Below, piece after piece: positions 28,506-40,336 of a DNA stretch of 64,000 nucleotides. The translations under genes were made by a program, and so were the position numbers. Within the stretch, counting starts at the first letter, position 1; every line of letters starts with the position of its first letter. The notes beneath the pieces were generated by a model, which had not been told where the DNA came from, searched no databases, and saw nothing but the letters and a program-made list of their open reading frames with translations. Source of the stretch: Tricharina praecox (Eukaryota); NCBI RefSeq assembly GCF_024521635.1, contig NW_026250407.1, positions 186,001 through 250,000 on the forward strand. The letters run 5' to 3'.

Positions 28506-30739
28506 ATGTCATCGGAGGAAATAGAAGCAGCAGTGCCGCACCATTACACGGTGGCCCGGGCCAGTGACCACAACAACGCCCCATCATACACACCTTCATC
28601 TTCCTCCTTTCACCACCACAACCACCACCATCACCAACACCACCACCACCCCGTATTGGATCTGGAGAGACTCTCTCCGCCCAACTCGTCTACATCTTCG
28701 ACCGCCGGAGAAGGGCCAGGCCAGCAATCATCAACATCTTCCTCATCATTCCTGCAGACCACGCACCCATCAACACCACAGGACCTGAACATCGGTGGGA
28801 ACGGATATTTTTACTCCCCGGCCCAAACACCGTACAAGCTTGAAGGCTCGCCGATTGTGGATCGGCACAGCAACTACGAGCTCAGCACGTCAAATTCACC
28901 GGCATTACCTGTGGGTCTCTGCGACCGCAACGGGGACGGTGGTGGAATGGTGGAATGGAAATCCGACGTGAATCAGTTCGATCTGTTTAACCCCCCAAGG
29001 TCGGCCATGTTCTTGAAGGATGATGATTTGATGGTAAGTTTTTGCTTTTTGTTGGGTATTGAAGACCACCCGGCTGGGATTGTGAAATGGGCACTTACAG
29101 TTCTCTTGTGAGTGTAGGGCGGCGAGGGATATATGTTGACGGATCATCATTATATGGATTCAAGAGTATGTGTAACCTAACCGAACAGATCTTCCGTTCG
29201 CAAGGGCTAATCTCGTGTGGTTTTGCAGGACAACGGTGATCACGTTTGTGATGCATGGGAAAGAGTAATTCCAACTTCTACACTTCGCCTGCAATATGCA
29301 CGGGCTCCGATAGGTCAATACTGACGTCCCGTCGTACCGAATAGATTGATCATACTTTGCCATCACCCACACCCTCTGAAGATGTTCTGGAATCCCTCTC
29401 GGGCTCAATCAACACAGCTGTCGCTGCCGGCAAAGACAAACAAGGGCCCAAACCGAAAGCCGTCCGAGCACCACGCAAAAGGAAGGCTCCAGGCGAGAAG
29501 GCAGACAGACTAAAGTTGCCAAAGCTCACCAAGCCGTTGAGTGAGCTAACAAGAGACTACCACCACCTTCCCGTACGGAATATGGAGAGCTGGGTCACTC
29601 GGTCGGCCGAAACACGCTGGCAGGAGGTCGAGAAGCGAGGAGGATACGTCACTCGGCCCATGAACTCGTTTATGCTGTACCGTTCCGCCTACGCCGAACG
29701 CACAAAGTTGTGGTGCTTGCAGAACAACCACCAAGTGGTCTCCTCCGTCAGTGGCGAGAGTTGGCCGCTGGAACCGCCAGCGGTACGGGAGAAATACAAC
29801 GAAATGGCGAAACTGGAACGGTTCAACCATCAAGCCGCACATCCCGGTTACAAATTTTCTCCCAGCAAAGCACAAAACAACTCCCGCAAACGCAAGTGTT
29901 CCAAAGCCGCTGCTGAAGAGAAGGCGGCCGGGGCTGAAGGCGATATCACCGATCTCGACGACCTAGACCTAGGCCTAGATCTCGCCCTCGTCGGTTCGGC
30001 CTCCAGCTCCTCTGCTAAGAAACCCCCTGCGAGCAGAAAACGCCCTCAGAAATCAACAGGAGCAGGAGCAGGAGTGGGAACAGGAGTAGGAGCAGGAGTA
30101 GGAGCAGGAGCAGCGGGGAACAACTCATTGGTATACCTCAATTTCCCCTACGACCTCGAAGCGGGAGGTGCCCACCGCTCGTCTTTCAACCACACAAACC
30201 CTGGGAAGACCCCACCGGCGTGTATGGGTACACAGGACATGGCGGGACAATACTACCAAACCACGGTCCGAGCCTCGTCGTCTGCCGTCCCGATCTCAAA
30301 CCTTGATGGTAGTGCGGTAATAGAAGACGTAACCATCCGCAGAGCGCAAGCACCGGGTTCAGGCTCACACTACATTCCGCAGCAGCCACGAACGCACGTC
30401 AAGACGGAGGCCTTCGACGACGGCGATGATAACTCCAACGTCGACCCGCTGCTCCTGGGCGACCAGTACCAGCTCCTGCCGAGCCACTACATGCACGACC
30501 CTAACGGCGGCGGAGACGGAGACGGCAGTAGAGCAGTCGACTTCGAACCGCTCTTTGCCAGCCAGATCTTGGAGAGCGCTGGCACGGAGGGGCCGTTCGA
30601 TGCCGAGTTTGTGCGAGAACTGCCGGGATACTGCGACGACATGGAGGGATTTCTGGATGATGTCGAGCCCTGGGCGGTCGAGGGCGCGGATGGCGCTGAG
30701 CTCTGCTACGATGAGTGGCTAGAAGGCAGCGGTGTTTGA
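28506..30739 (+). CDS. Sequence-specific MATA_HMG-box transcription factor, about 4 exons
   Basis: HMG box VTRPMNSFMLYRSAYAERTKLWCLQNNHQVVSSVSGESWPLEP...YNEMAKLERFNHQAAHPGYKFSP. His-rich N-terminal exon from ATG 28506. Introns at about 29034-29117, 29166-29228 and 29265-29344. Confidence 0.9.
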
Positions 30740-32594
30740 TTTTTCTGTCCTGTTCCTTTGTTACTTCACTTTACTCTTCCGTCTTTACTTCCGTCGAGAT
30801 CTTGTCGGTTTCCATGTGCTTCTTTTAGATGGAATTTTTCTGGGTTGTTGCTGAGATTTGTGTTGTTTACTTTACTTGACATACCGGTACCGGCGTAACG
30901 AGAGTGGGGCAAAGGAAAATGGGCTTTGTTTTATTGAGTTTTCTTTGGATTGTTTTTTCTTTCTTTTCTTTTTCGGGTTTGATCTTGGTTTTTACGGTTC
31001 ATGATGTTTGGATTTTGCCCACGATCTTTGTGAAATGTGCTTGCTCTCTTCGGCTTGCTAGATAGATAGATAGGATAGGGTACTGGATAGGGTACCAAGT
31101 ACGTGCATGAATGAATGAATGGCATTCGGTTTTCTTTTTCCTTTCTTTGGTTCTTTAGGAGGCTTTGGAAGGCTTTTGGCTCCATTGTTTCTTTCAGCTG
31201 GTTGGCTGGGCTGGTTGGTTGGTTGGTTGGTTAGATGGACGGTGTTTTCGAGGGTTGTTTCTAGTCATTGAGTGGAGTACATACCATGGATAGATGATAG
31301 ATTTTAGACTTTGAAGTTTGAATAATTGAATAGAAGAGCGTTAGACTAGGCTGACCGATCTTATGGACGACGTTGCGGGTGTGAGGTGCGCGGGAGGGCT
31401 GGAGGGATGGAGGGCGGACGGGCGGGAGAGAGGGAGGATGGGCGGGCTGGCGGGTGGGTGGGCGGGCTGATGGTTCATGGATATCACTCGCTGATGCGGA
31501 GTGACCGCTCATGGTACATATTTACTTGAATCCCCCTCTCGGTGACAGCCGGGTGGAAAAGGATATGTAATCCGCCATGATCTAATAAGGTTAAATGAAA
31601 TGATGATTAAACAAAACAAAAAGTGGAGTACACACTCTCGTCCTTCCCACGATGCCGCATCTCCTCACCTCCTGGCCTCATCGTCAATCGCGGGGGAATT
31701 TGCAGACTAGGTACCTGAGTAGCTCCAGGCAGAGAAGGCGCTCGGTCTGTGGTTCCTATTACATTACATTACATACTCCACCTTGTATGTACCTCTGTCT
31801 CTGCGCCTACATACCTCTGTCACTATGTCTGTCGTTGTGCCTAAATCTGTACCTAGATCTGGGAATATTCATACTCTGGTAGGACTCTGGAGCAGGTACC
31901 TCTTACTTCTTAGGTACGCATGACTACTACCTACCCAGATGGTTGTGTGGGTATCCGGACAGGCTGGGTGGTACTAGTGGAGTGGCCGTCCGAATATATA
32001 CCTAATACCCACGCAACGATCTAGAAGTAAATCATCGCCATCATCGTCGTCCGTCGTCCAACACTCTAGCTTCAGGCACCCGCCGAGCCGCTGAGAGTTA
32101 ACGCCTCATCCCTCCATAGCGGCGGAGCACAGTCCGGCTGAAAAATCATCCGCCTCGCTAGAAACGAACCTCACGATCGTCGATTCACGGTAACTATACT
32201 AGAGTAGTTCTTACTTTAGGTGGACTACTACTAGTATCTTCTAGACGGCAGGCACGGAAGCGATAGTTTCTGCAAAATGTTTTCATTCGCATTTGCAGCC
32301 CCGCCATGGAGGCACCCTCAGAGTAAAAGAAGAAGGTAAAAGAAGAAGAAACCACAACAAGAAATAGGTAGGTACGGCCGTCACAGAAACAGGAAAGGGA
32401 AAGAAGACGTGATTTCCAATTCCATCCAAAAAAAACAACTAAAAGACGCATGATAGCGAACACCGGAAGAGAAATTCGAAGCAAGAACGACCAAAGTCGA
32501 GAGCACACCAGATAAATAGCGACCCAAAGAAAGAAAGAAACAAAAAGGAAACTTTTATGTGCAAGAAATAAATAAATAAAAACTCCCCGATCGT

Positions 32595-33425
32595 TCACAT
32601 CGCCTCCTTGTTGAGCGCGATGTTCTTCCAGTGCTCGACCTCAGCCTGCAACCTCTCAATCATGACCTCCATCTCGTCCATCTTCTCGGCCTTCTTGGCG
32701 CGGGACTTTCGCGCGGCGAGAGTGTTGCGGGCCCGCTTCATAGCGATGATATCGCTGGGGTCCTCGACAACGATGGGAGGGAGGGGCATCGAGCGCTTGC
32801 GGATGCCCGAGGTGGAGGAGCGCTTCTCTCCGCGGGACGAACCCGAGAACTTGGGCGAGGTCCCGGGGGAGTCGGATGAGTCCCGCGAGTCCTCCTCCTC
32901 CATCATCTCGTCACCAGTGTTCTGGTGGGGCGAGTGCTGTGTGTGGTGGTGGTTCTGTGAAGGGGTGACGAGACCAGGCTCCTCGGAGTCCGGGTTGGTG
33001 TCGGGGAAGAGACTGAACCAGCCGTTGCTGTCGGAAACGTCATCGACGCCAAAGAGAGGTGATGTCTCGTACCCCTCCGACGGTGAGTCGAAGAGGTACG
33101 GAGACGAGAAGGTCGGGGTCGGCATTGTGGGGTTGTTCATCAGTATCTCCGAGGGAGATACTGTGCTTCCCGAACAGATGTCGACGCTGCCGATGTTGGG
33201 GGAGAACTCAGAGCCTGTGGCGGCGAGATCGTGTGCCCACAGATCCTCGTTCCACACGTCCGGATCGACGAATTTGGTCTGATCTGGATAGCAGCGTGTG
33301 TTAACCATCATGATCATATTCATGTTCATTTCCATGGTTTCTTGCGGTGGGCGTCGCGAGGATGGCAGAGAAGAGGAAGTGTTTGGGGCAGCGAGCGAGG
33401 CGGGTATTATATTACCTTGAGTCAT
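32595..33425 (-). CDS. cpc-1: Cross-pathway control bZIP transcription factor (Gcn4/CpcA/CPC-1)
   Basis: bZIP region LPPIVVEDPSDIIAMKRARNTLAARKSRAKK...LQAEVEHWK; CPC-1-type motifs GSTVSP, YETSPLF and WFSLFP. ATG at 33425, 10-nt first exon, 132-nt intron at 33415-33284. Confidence 0.95.
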   Translation of the reverse strand: MTQGNIIPASLAAPNTSSSLPSSRRPPQETMEMNMNMIMMVNTRCYPDQTKFVDPDVWNEDLWAHDLAATGSEFSPNIGSVDICSGSTVSPSEILMNNPTMPTPTFSSPYLFDSPSEGYETSPLFGVDDVSDSNGWFSLFPDTNPDSEEPGLVTPSQNHHHTQHSPHQNTGDEMMEEEDSRDSSDSPGTSPKFSGSSRGEKRSSTSGIRKRSMPLPPIVVEDPSDIIAMKRARNTLAARKSRAKKAEKMDEMEVMIERLQAEVEHWKNIALNKEAM

Positions 33426-33708
33426 TGCAGACCTGTGAGGAGCGATCCGATTATAGTATCTCGCAGCGACCTTAGGATTGAGGATAGGCGAGAGTTGCTG
33501 CTGGGGCTGATGGGGCGAAGTAGCGTCGGGCTGATACTGCTGGTGTACGTTGTCCGACAGGAGCTGGGGCTGGGTGGAAGTTGCTGGGTAGGAAGAAACT
33601 GAAGACCGATGGCTGAATGAAGACGGCGAAGTGGTGTATCCGAGACCGTGAACGATTTCGCTTACTCTACGGTTCTGGGGCAGAGATGCGTTTCGAAGCT
33701 GTTGTTGA

Positions 33709-33870
33709 CTAGGGGTCGATCTGGGAGACGGGTGCGCCGGAAAGAGCACGTGGTCGTTGAAGCTGATGGATGTGCTGGGACTTGGAGGGTGATCGAGTTC
33801 TTGTTGTTGATGTTGATGTTGTTGAAGTTGCGGCGAATGCCTCTGGAGCTGAGGGGTGTGGGGCGGCCAT
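33709..33870 (-). promoter_or_regulatory. cpc-1 uORF2 (53 codons, MAAPHPSAPEAF...QIDP*)
   Basis: ATG at 33870 in ATCATGG context, TAG at 33711-33709. It is out of frame with CPC-1 and is the only AUG between uORF1 and the main AUG. Confidence 0.85.
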
Positions 33871-34052
33871 GATTGGAGGTTGTCGTTAAAGGGGGGTACT
33901 TCCGGGGGAAGAATGGTTGCTGTCTGTAGCGGGGTACGGTCGCGGAGCGAAGGTGTTGAAGACAGAAATCCGGGGATCTCTGGGGAATGCGTGGTTGCAG
34001 AGTTACTCTTGAAAAGGTTGGGTGGGGGGTTACGGGGAACGGTGGTTCCTGA

Positions 34053-34064
34053 TTAGGCGTCCAT
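34053..34064 (-). promoter_or_regulatory. cpc-1 uORF1 (ATG GAC GCC TAA, Met-Asp-Ala)
   Basis: Three-codon uORF in good context (ATCATGG), matching the short permissive uORF1 of GCN4/cpc-1 leaders. Confidence 0.85.
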
Positions 34065-34164
34065 GATGGGCCAGAAATATACTTGTATGTTGGGTATGTA
34101 TGCGTGGTGTGGGATGTTGGTGTGATGGAAAAAAAAGAAGAGGGGACGTGAATGGGGGGGGGGA

Positions 34165-34181
34165 TGAGTCAAATACTTATA
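34165..34181 (-). promoter_or_regulatory. Gcn4/CPC-1 response element (TGACTCA) next to a TATA-like box in the cpc-1 promoter
   Basis: The minus strand reads TATAAGTATTTGACTCAT about 100 nt upstream of uORF1. Confidence 0.6.
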
Positions 34182-34312
34182 CGCAGGGCCAAAGCGAGGC
34201 CAGGCAGCAACCGCGTTGCTCGGGCGTGGGACCCAACCAAAGTCAAAGGAAGGGCTTACCCACCCACCCACCCACACTCCAAGCCCACACTCTAACCCAC
34301 CACCACTAGTTA

Positions 34313-34353
34313 CCACCACCACCACCACCACCACCACCACCACCACCATCACC
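34313..34353. repeat. (CAC)n microsatellite
   Basis: Read directly from the sequence. Confidence 0.9.
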
Positions 34354-35038
34354 AACTCCTCATCCTCCACCACATCCTCATCCTCCTCCTCCACCGGCAG
34401 GCCACACGCACACACGCACACACACACACTGGAAAGCATGCACACAACTTCCTGGTCTTACTGTCCACTAACCAGATAGCCTAGACTATAGAGTAGAGGT
34501 TACCACAGCTGCCTGCACTGCGCACACCCACACTGCCCGCCCGCCCGGCCTGAAAATGTGCACTGGCAGGGAAACGGCAGCAGCAGAGTTCGCAGCTCGC
34601 CGGTGGAAGTGGTACACACTCTACCTACAGTCGGGCTGAGTTTCGACCGGCGGGCGGTCGGCAAGAGAGAGCCGTTTTGGCCAGAGGGATAGAAGGCCAA
34701 CCCTCGGAGCACGCCGGCGTGGCGCTGGATATGGGCACCTAGGTAGAGTAACTTGCTCCGGTGTTGAGTGCTCTACCGTAGTCTCCCGCACAGGAGTGGG
34801 GGTGAAGACAAAACAGCTGCGCACATCTTCCCCAGACCGCGCACACAGAGCCCACAGGCGTAAGACTGTAACTATGTACGGCGTACGCATCGTTTCTCTG
34901 GCGAGGGAAAATAACTTGTGTGCCGGAACATCCAGACGACAGGCGGCCGAGAGTAAGTATAGTACCAGTACATGGGGAAGGTGCAGATGGAACTTGGGGG
35001 AGGGGGTTTAGTGCGTCGTAGGGTTTGTGCGAGAAAAA

Positions 35039-35047
35039 GTGACTCAT
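35039..35047. promoter_or_regulatory. Second Gcn4/CPC-1 response element, GTGACTCAT
   Basis: Near-optimal RTGACTCAY 9-mer about 1 kb upstream of uORF1. Confidence 0.55.
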
Positions 35048-36450
35048 TCCACAGGGGTGTAGAGTACGGTGGGGGGGAGGGATGGAGGGATGTGGGAGAC
35101 TGCGAGTTCGAGGATCGATCCTCGCGATGCAGGTGGTGGTGGTGGTGGTGGCCACGCAGGATACGAATAAGTTTTGTACGGCCGCCATCGACTCTGCAAC
35201 ATCTCTCCGTTCGCGGACCTATCACGACGCGGCGAACACGAGTCGCAGTCGACGTGAAGCCGCAACGTCGTCGCGTTCCCTGTCTGCTCCCTTCCTCGCT
35301 CCCTCACCCCTCCCACGGTGGCTGCCTAGAGCACCTCACTCCTCGCCCTCACTCCTCCCCTCACTCCCCTGACTCTTTTCGAGGTGCTTTCCAATACTGC
35401 AGCGACCTGAGTGATGGGCTGCACTGCGCCCCCCGCAGTTTTCTTTTTTATTGGCCGGCGCACATACTCTAGAGTACACACATCTTACATCGACCCCTCG
35501 GCTGCGACCCAATGATCAATCAGACTTATTTTCCGTTGCAAAGTAACCGGAGTACAGAGAAACTCACATGTGTCCGAGTTCCTGTTGCGAATAGCCGCGT
35601 CGCCGGTTGACGAGTAACTAGCGAGCTAGGTTGGATCGTGTCTTCAGGCAGCAGCGGCGGGAGTGATGCGTGGGAGTGGTGATGCCGATATCTATCCAAT
35701 GCGTAACCCCCATCAACACCGCCGACGCCGACGTCGACGCGGAGGCTCAAGAGTGAGGATCTTCATGTATGAAAGACGCAGATGTACTCCACTCTGCCTA
35801 CCTATATAGAGTGCATGCGCGGAGCCACATGCTGCCGTGACAGAGTAGGTGCCGGTAGCTAAGCCTCCACCACTACTATCGCTGCTGCCTATTCGCCATC
35901 GGTCGCCATCGGTCGCCATAGGTCGGTTGGTCGTTAACTAGAGTAACCACCGGCCTTCACCGACTTTCGAAGGCAGCAGCCATCTCTACTACCAAGCAGG
36001 TAGCCATCAGACGTCACTGGAGCGCCAAAAACTAGTTAGTCCTAGTTACAAGAACACAGCCATCACTCGCTCCAAGAGTCCAAGCTCCAACTTCCAAGCC
36101 CCAAATCCCAAATCCCCAAGAGGTTGAAAGATCTTCGCTTTCGGTTGTCGAGTTTGAAGGGCGATACTTTCCAGCACTCTGTGCCATGTAGTGCTCACCG
36201 AACCTTACATACGACCGAGAAACCCCCTCCACGGGCGGCGGGGAAACACGCCGAAATCATTCCGACCCGGCCCTTCGTAGCACGGAAAGTATAGTGGAAG
36301 ATAGGTAGAAATATCCGGTCGGCGAGCTGCAGTACAGTACAGTGCGGCGGTTTTCGTTTCGTTTCGTTTCCGAGAGGCGAGGGCGAGGGCGAGATCCGCC
36401 GAGATCCGCCGAAGCATGCTGCACCACACCCCCTCGGCGGAAGTTACAAC

Positions 36451-36530
36451 TTCCAAGTTCTAAGTTCTACATAAGTTCCGAGTTCCGAGTTCCAAGTTCC
36501 AAGTTCCAAGTTCCAGGTTCCAAGTTCCAA
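36451..36530. repeat. Degenerate 7-bp tandem repeat (AAGTTCC)n
   Basis: About 10 imperfect copies read directly. Confidence 0.8.
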
Positions 36531-38330
36531 CAGCGGGTGCGGTGGATTTGCAGGATCTTAGTGCTCGCCGCTTCCCTGGAGTACAATATACCTAACTGGT
36601 AGCCCCACCACCCCGCCCCTATGTGCATAGATTAACTCCCATGTCTAGACACGGGACTCGGGACTCGAGAATCGTCCGGCAAAGCAAGCGAGAACACGCC
36701 GAAGACGAAGCCGGAGCCATCTTCACCTCCACCTCCACCTTCAGCCCAGCCCGACCCGAAGCCCGCTCTTACCTAGAGTACGTGCGTATGGTAGAGCCTC
36801 GAAAGTTGAAACCCACGAGTCTAGGTTCTCGAGTCTCGACCGGCGGGTGTACAGTACCTACATTGTGCACTCGCCACTCGGGCATCGATATGATTATGCA
36901 CTCGCCACTTGGGCATCGACAATCGACATAACTATACCGGTACTCTACTCAGGCATCGATGGGTGTGTACTCAGGCATCGAAATCTACTACCTGGTAGTA
37001 GTACTGTAGTAGTAGTAGGTAGTAGTAAACGCAAACAACCGCGAGAGCGCCTGAGCACACAAACACAAAACTTTAAACCCAAACTGTAAACATAAGAAGC
37101 ATCAAAACATCAAGAACGTCCCGTCCCGCCCCGCCCCCACCGCGTGGGGTGTGCACTGTCTGTGCACTGTGCCCCCGGAACTCGAAAGTCGGGAGTCGGC
37201 GGGAGTAGGGACGCCTGGACCTATACTTAGCCGTCATTACCGGCCGCCAGATCGTCCCTCCACAACCCCACGCACAATCCAAAGCTCGAACTGATCACGG
37301 CGCACATCCACGTTCACCCCCAGGCTCGCCTGAATCACACTGTCAGTGATCACTTGTCGCACTGATACACCGATACTCTAAACCTTGGTCACCGGTGACG
37401 GAAATAGTCTGGTCATTGGAGATCACTCGGGTTCGTGGTCTCCAGTTCCCGGGGGTTGAAAAAACACTCCGCCTATGTACTGTACAGTACAATACCCTGA
37501 GTAGTCTGTAAAGTGTCAAGCTTCAAGTGTAAACCCCCCCCCCCCCCCCCCTGCGAGATCACACATTACGCATCGGATAGGTATCGCATATTGCATATCA
37601 CTATCAATATCACTCGTGCGCTTTTTACTCTAGCTGTGGGCTCGATAGAGCAAGTCCAAGCCCGTCTGATGAACGCCGGGTTGGACAGTGTACTCTAATT
37701 ATACCGGTATAGCAGCGGAGTGTGTATATTGCCATCATCTACCTGGATGGGTCGCAAGCAATTAACGACAAACCAAACAAACCCAAGTCACGACTCACAC
37801 GAGCGCGGGGGCAGGGAAAGTGGATCGCTGCCTCAACCTGGTTATTCGGACGTAGACAGGGTGCCTACTACATATAGAGTGCGCGCATCATGATTTAGAC
37901 ATAGACATTGACAGGTCGGATCCACATTCATGAAACCCCCCTCCCTCCCCAGATCAAACGTGGTGGTGGTGGGGTAGGTACCAGATATCAATGTGCTCAT
38001 ACCTACTCTAAGAACAACCGAACCGAACCGAACAAGATAACAAGAAGACCAGACATCGGTAGACAAGTACATACGAAAAGCAAGCAAGCCAGACAACGAC
38101 AGACAACGACACAGACAGAACGACAGAATCAAGCCAACCGATCAGAAACTCCATCCCATCCACCCAATCCATCCAATCCACCCAATCCACCCAGTTTACT
38201 CAGGAGTTCAACGCAGCCAGAAGAAAAAAGGAAGAAGAATAAGAAGAAAGAAGAAAGAAGAGAGAAGCCAGAAAAAGAAGCTAGAAAAAAAGAAAGAGGA
38301 AAACTACACATGTATCACCTAGCTAAGTAG

Positions 38331-40336
38331 CTAGCTCAAATGCTCCTTCTCCCTGATTGTGTACTCGAACCGATTTCCAGGACCCTCCGAGACCCTCTTC
38401 CACTCGACTTCTGGACGCGTTTCCGGGACCATTTCGTGCTGGAGTGTCCAGCCGGCGAGACGGCAGAGTTCCGCGACGCACCCGTCACACTCGCCCAGCA
38501 GCTCCACGTCGAATTCGACATGCTCCACCGGCTGCGGTCTGTTAGTGTATGCAACGTATTTGAGGGGGAGGGGGGGAGGGGGGGAGCTCACAGTTTTCGA
38601 GATGTAAATCTGCGGGACATCTGGCGGCAAGAATCCTATAATTTCCGAGACTGGAGCCACCTTGAGGCTCGTGCCGATGCAGATGAGAAGGTCACACTTG
38701 TAGCGGTCATGGTCGACGAGACGCTTATGAAAGGTATCTGGGAGCTGCTCGCCAAAGAACGTAATGTCCGGCTTCATGACACCCGCCTCGCGGAAATTGC
38801 TCTCCTCCTCGTCGGCGGAGCTGTCCTCGCTATACTTTTTCTTTTTGGTCCAGTTCTCGGGGTTCTTCGCGCGCTTGCGTTTCTTCCGCCATTCCTCCGC
38901 GCTCTTAGCACGCTTCCGTTTCTTCTCGGCGGCGCTGCCTTCCGCGAGGAGTTTGAGGCAGTTGTCACACTTGGCTACTACGCCGCGACGAAGCTCGGGA
39001 AAGATCTCTTCGCCGGGAACCTTGTGCTTGCATTTCACGCACGTGGCCGACGCGAAGCTGCCGTGACACTGGATCAGTTTTTCGGGCTGGATGCCGGCGA
39101 GGATCTCCAGGTTGTCTATGTTTTGGGTATACTGTGTGAGCAGCTTGTTCTTCTTTTGCAACAACTCGATGAACGCGTGGGTTGGCGAGAACGTCTTTGT
39201 CGTGGGGAGAATGTCTTTCGCAACAGAGTAGAATATTGTCGGATCGTCGTTGAATATGTCGATGTCAAACACCTCCTGTGGGTCGCTGAGACCCAGCCCC
39301 TCGAGCCGAGAATAGAGACCGCTTCCCTTAGATCTGAAGTCGGGGATTCCGAGCGAAGTCGAAATCTAGTGCCCGTCAATGGACCGTCTCCACGAACCGA
39401 AAGAAACAGTCACTTACGCCTGCTCCCGTAAGAACGATGATGCTCTTGGCCTCCCTCAGAAGCTCTACAACGCGCTCGACGGTATTGACCTGCGGAATCC
39501 GTGTCCGCTTCATCATCTCGCGGCCGACAACGATTCGTAGTAAGCCCACGAGAGACCTATCAGGAGCATCTTCCATGAAAGCAGGCTGTCACAGACAAGT
39601 CGAGTTAGGAATCTCGATATGAACATCTCCGAGTCGCTCCACCGGCATAATGCGATCCCCGCCACCGCAATGGCCGATCCACCACTCTCTCCGAGAAATA
39701 GCACTGGAGTACATACCGGTCGAACATTGAACGCCGTCAAGCATTTGCGTACGGACATGCCTCCCTTGACAATGACGGCGTGGATGAACCCCTCCTCGCC
39801 CGTCTGCTTGAGCAGGGCCCTCAACTGCGTCCTCTCCTCCTCCGTAACGGCCTCCTCATCTAATTGCGCACATCAGCCTCAGCCCCAATCCCTCCTTCCT
39901 TACAACCCGCCCCCCCCTCTCCTCCGCCAGCCCGCCAGCCAGCCAGCAGTAACAACATACCATTTCCGATCTCCTCAGCCGTCAATTCATCGAGGACATC
40001 ATCAAAAATACTCTCGGACTCCCAGATATCGTCGTGGTCGTGGTCGTCGCCATCCACATCCACATCGCCATCGCCATCGCCATCAACAACAACATTTCCA
40101 TCAACATCAACACCGACAGGAAACTCCTTCGCATACTCGTCGGTATTGTACCCCTCGAGATCCGACACCTCCGAGAGCTCTGAGAGCTCCGACAGCTCCG
40201 TCAGGTCAGACTCCGAGTCGGCCTCCGAGTCTGGTATCACCAGCGAGTGCGAGTGGGAGTGTGTTGCGTGCGCGGCGGCCGGTATGTCTGCCGGTATGGC
40301 TGGTGCGGGCGGTGAGTAGATCATTGGATCATTCAT
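38331..40336 (-). CDS. SIR2: NAD+-dependent deacetylase Sir2/Hst1, multi-exon
   Basis: Motifs [50 protein letters not shown], Zn-ribbon [19 protein letters not shown] and [10 protein letters not shown]. Acidic N-terminal exon. The start codon is uncertain (first in-frame ATG is 40336). Confidence 0.93.

Noticed and set aside
28506..30739. HMG-box gene as mating-type MAT1-2-1
   Set aside because: No APN2 or SLA2 neighbours, the HMG box is uninterrupted by the intron typical of MAT1-2-1, and the protein is much longer.
38340..39431. 363-aa plus-strand ORF
   Set aside because: Antisense shadow of SIR2 with no domain features.
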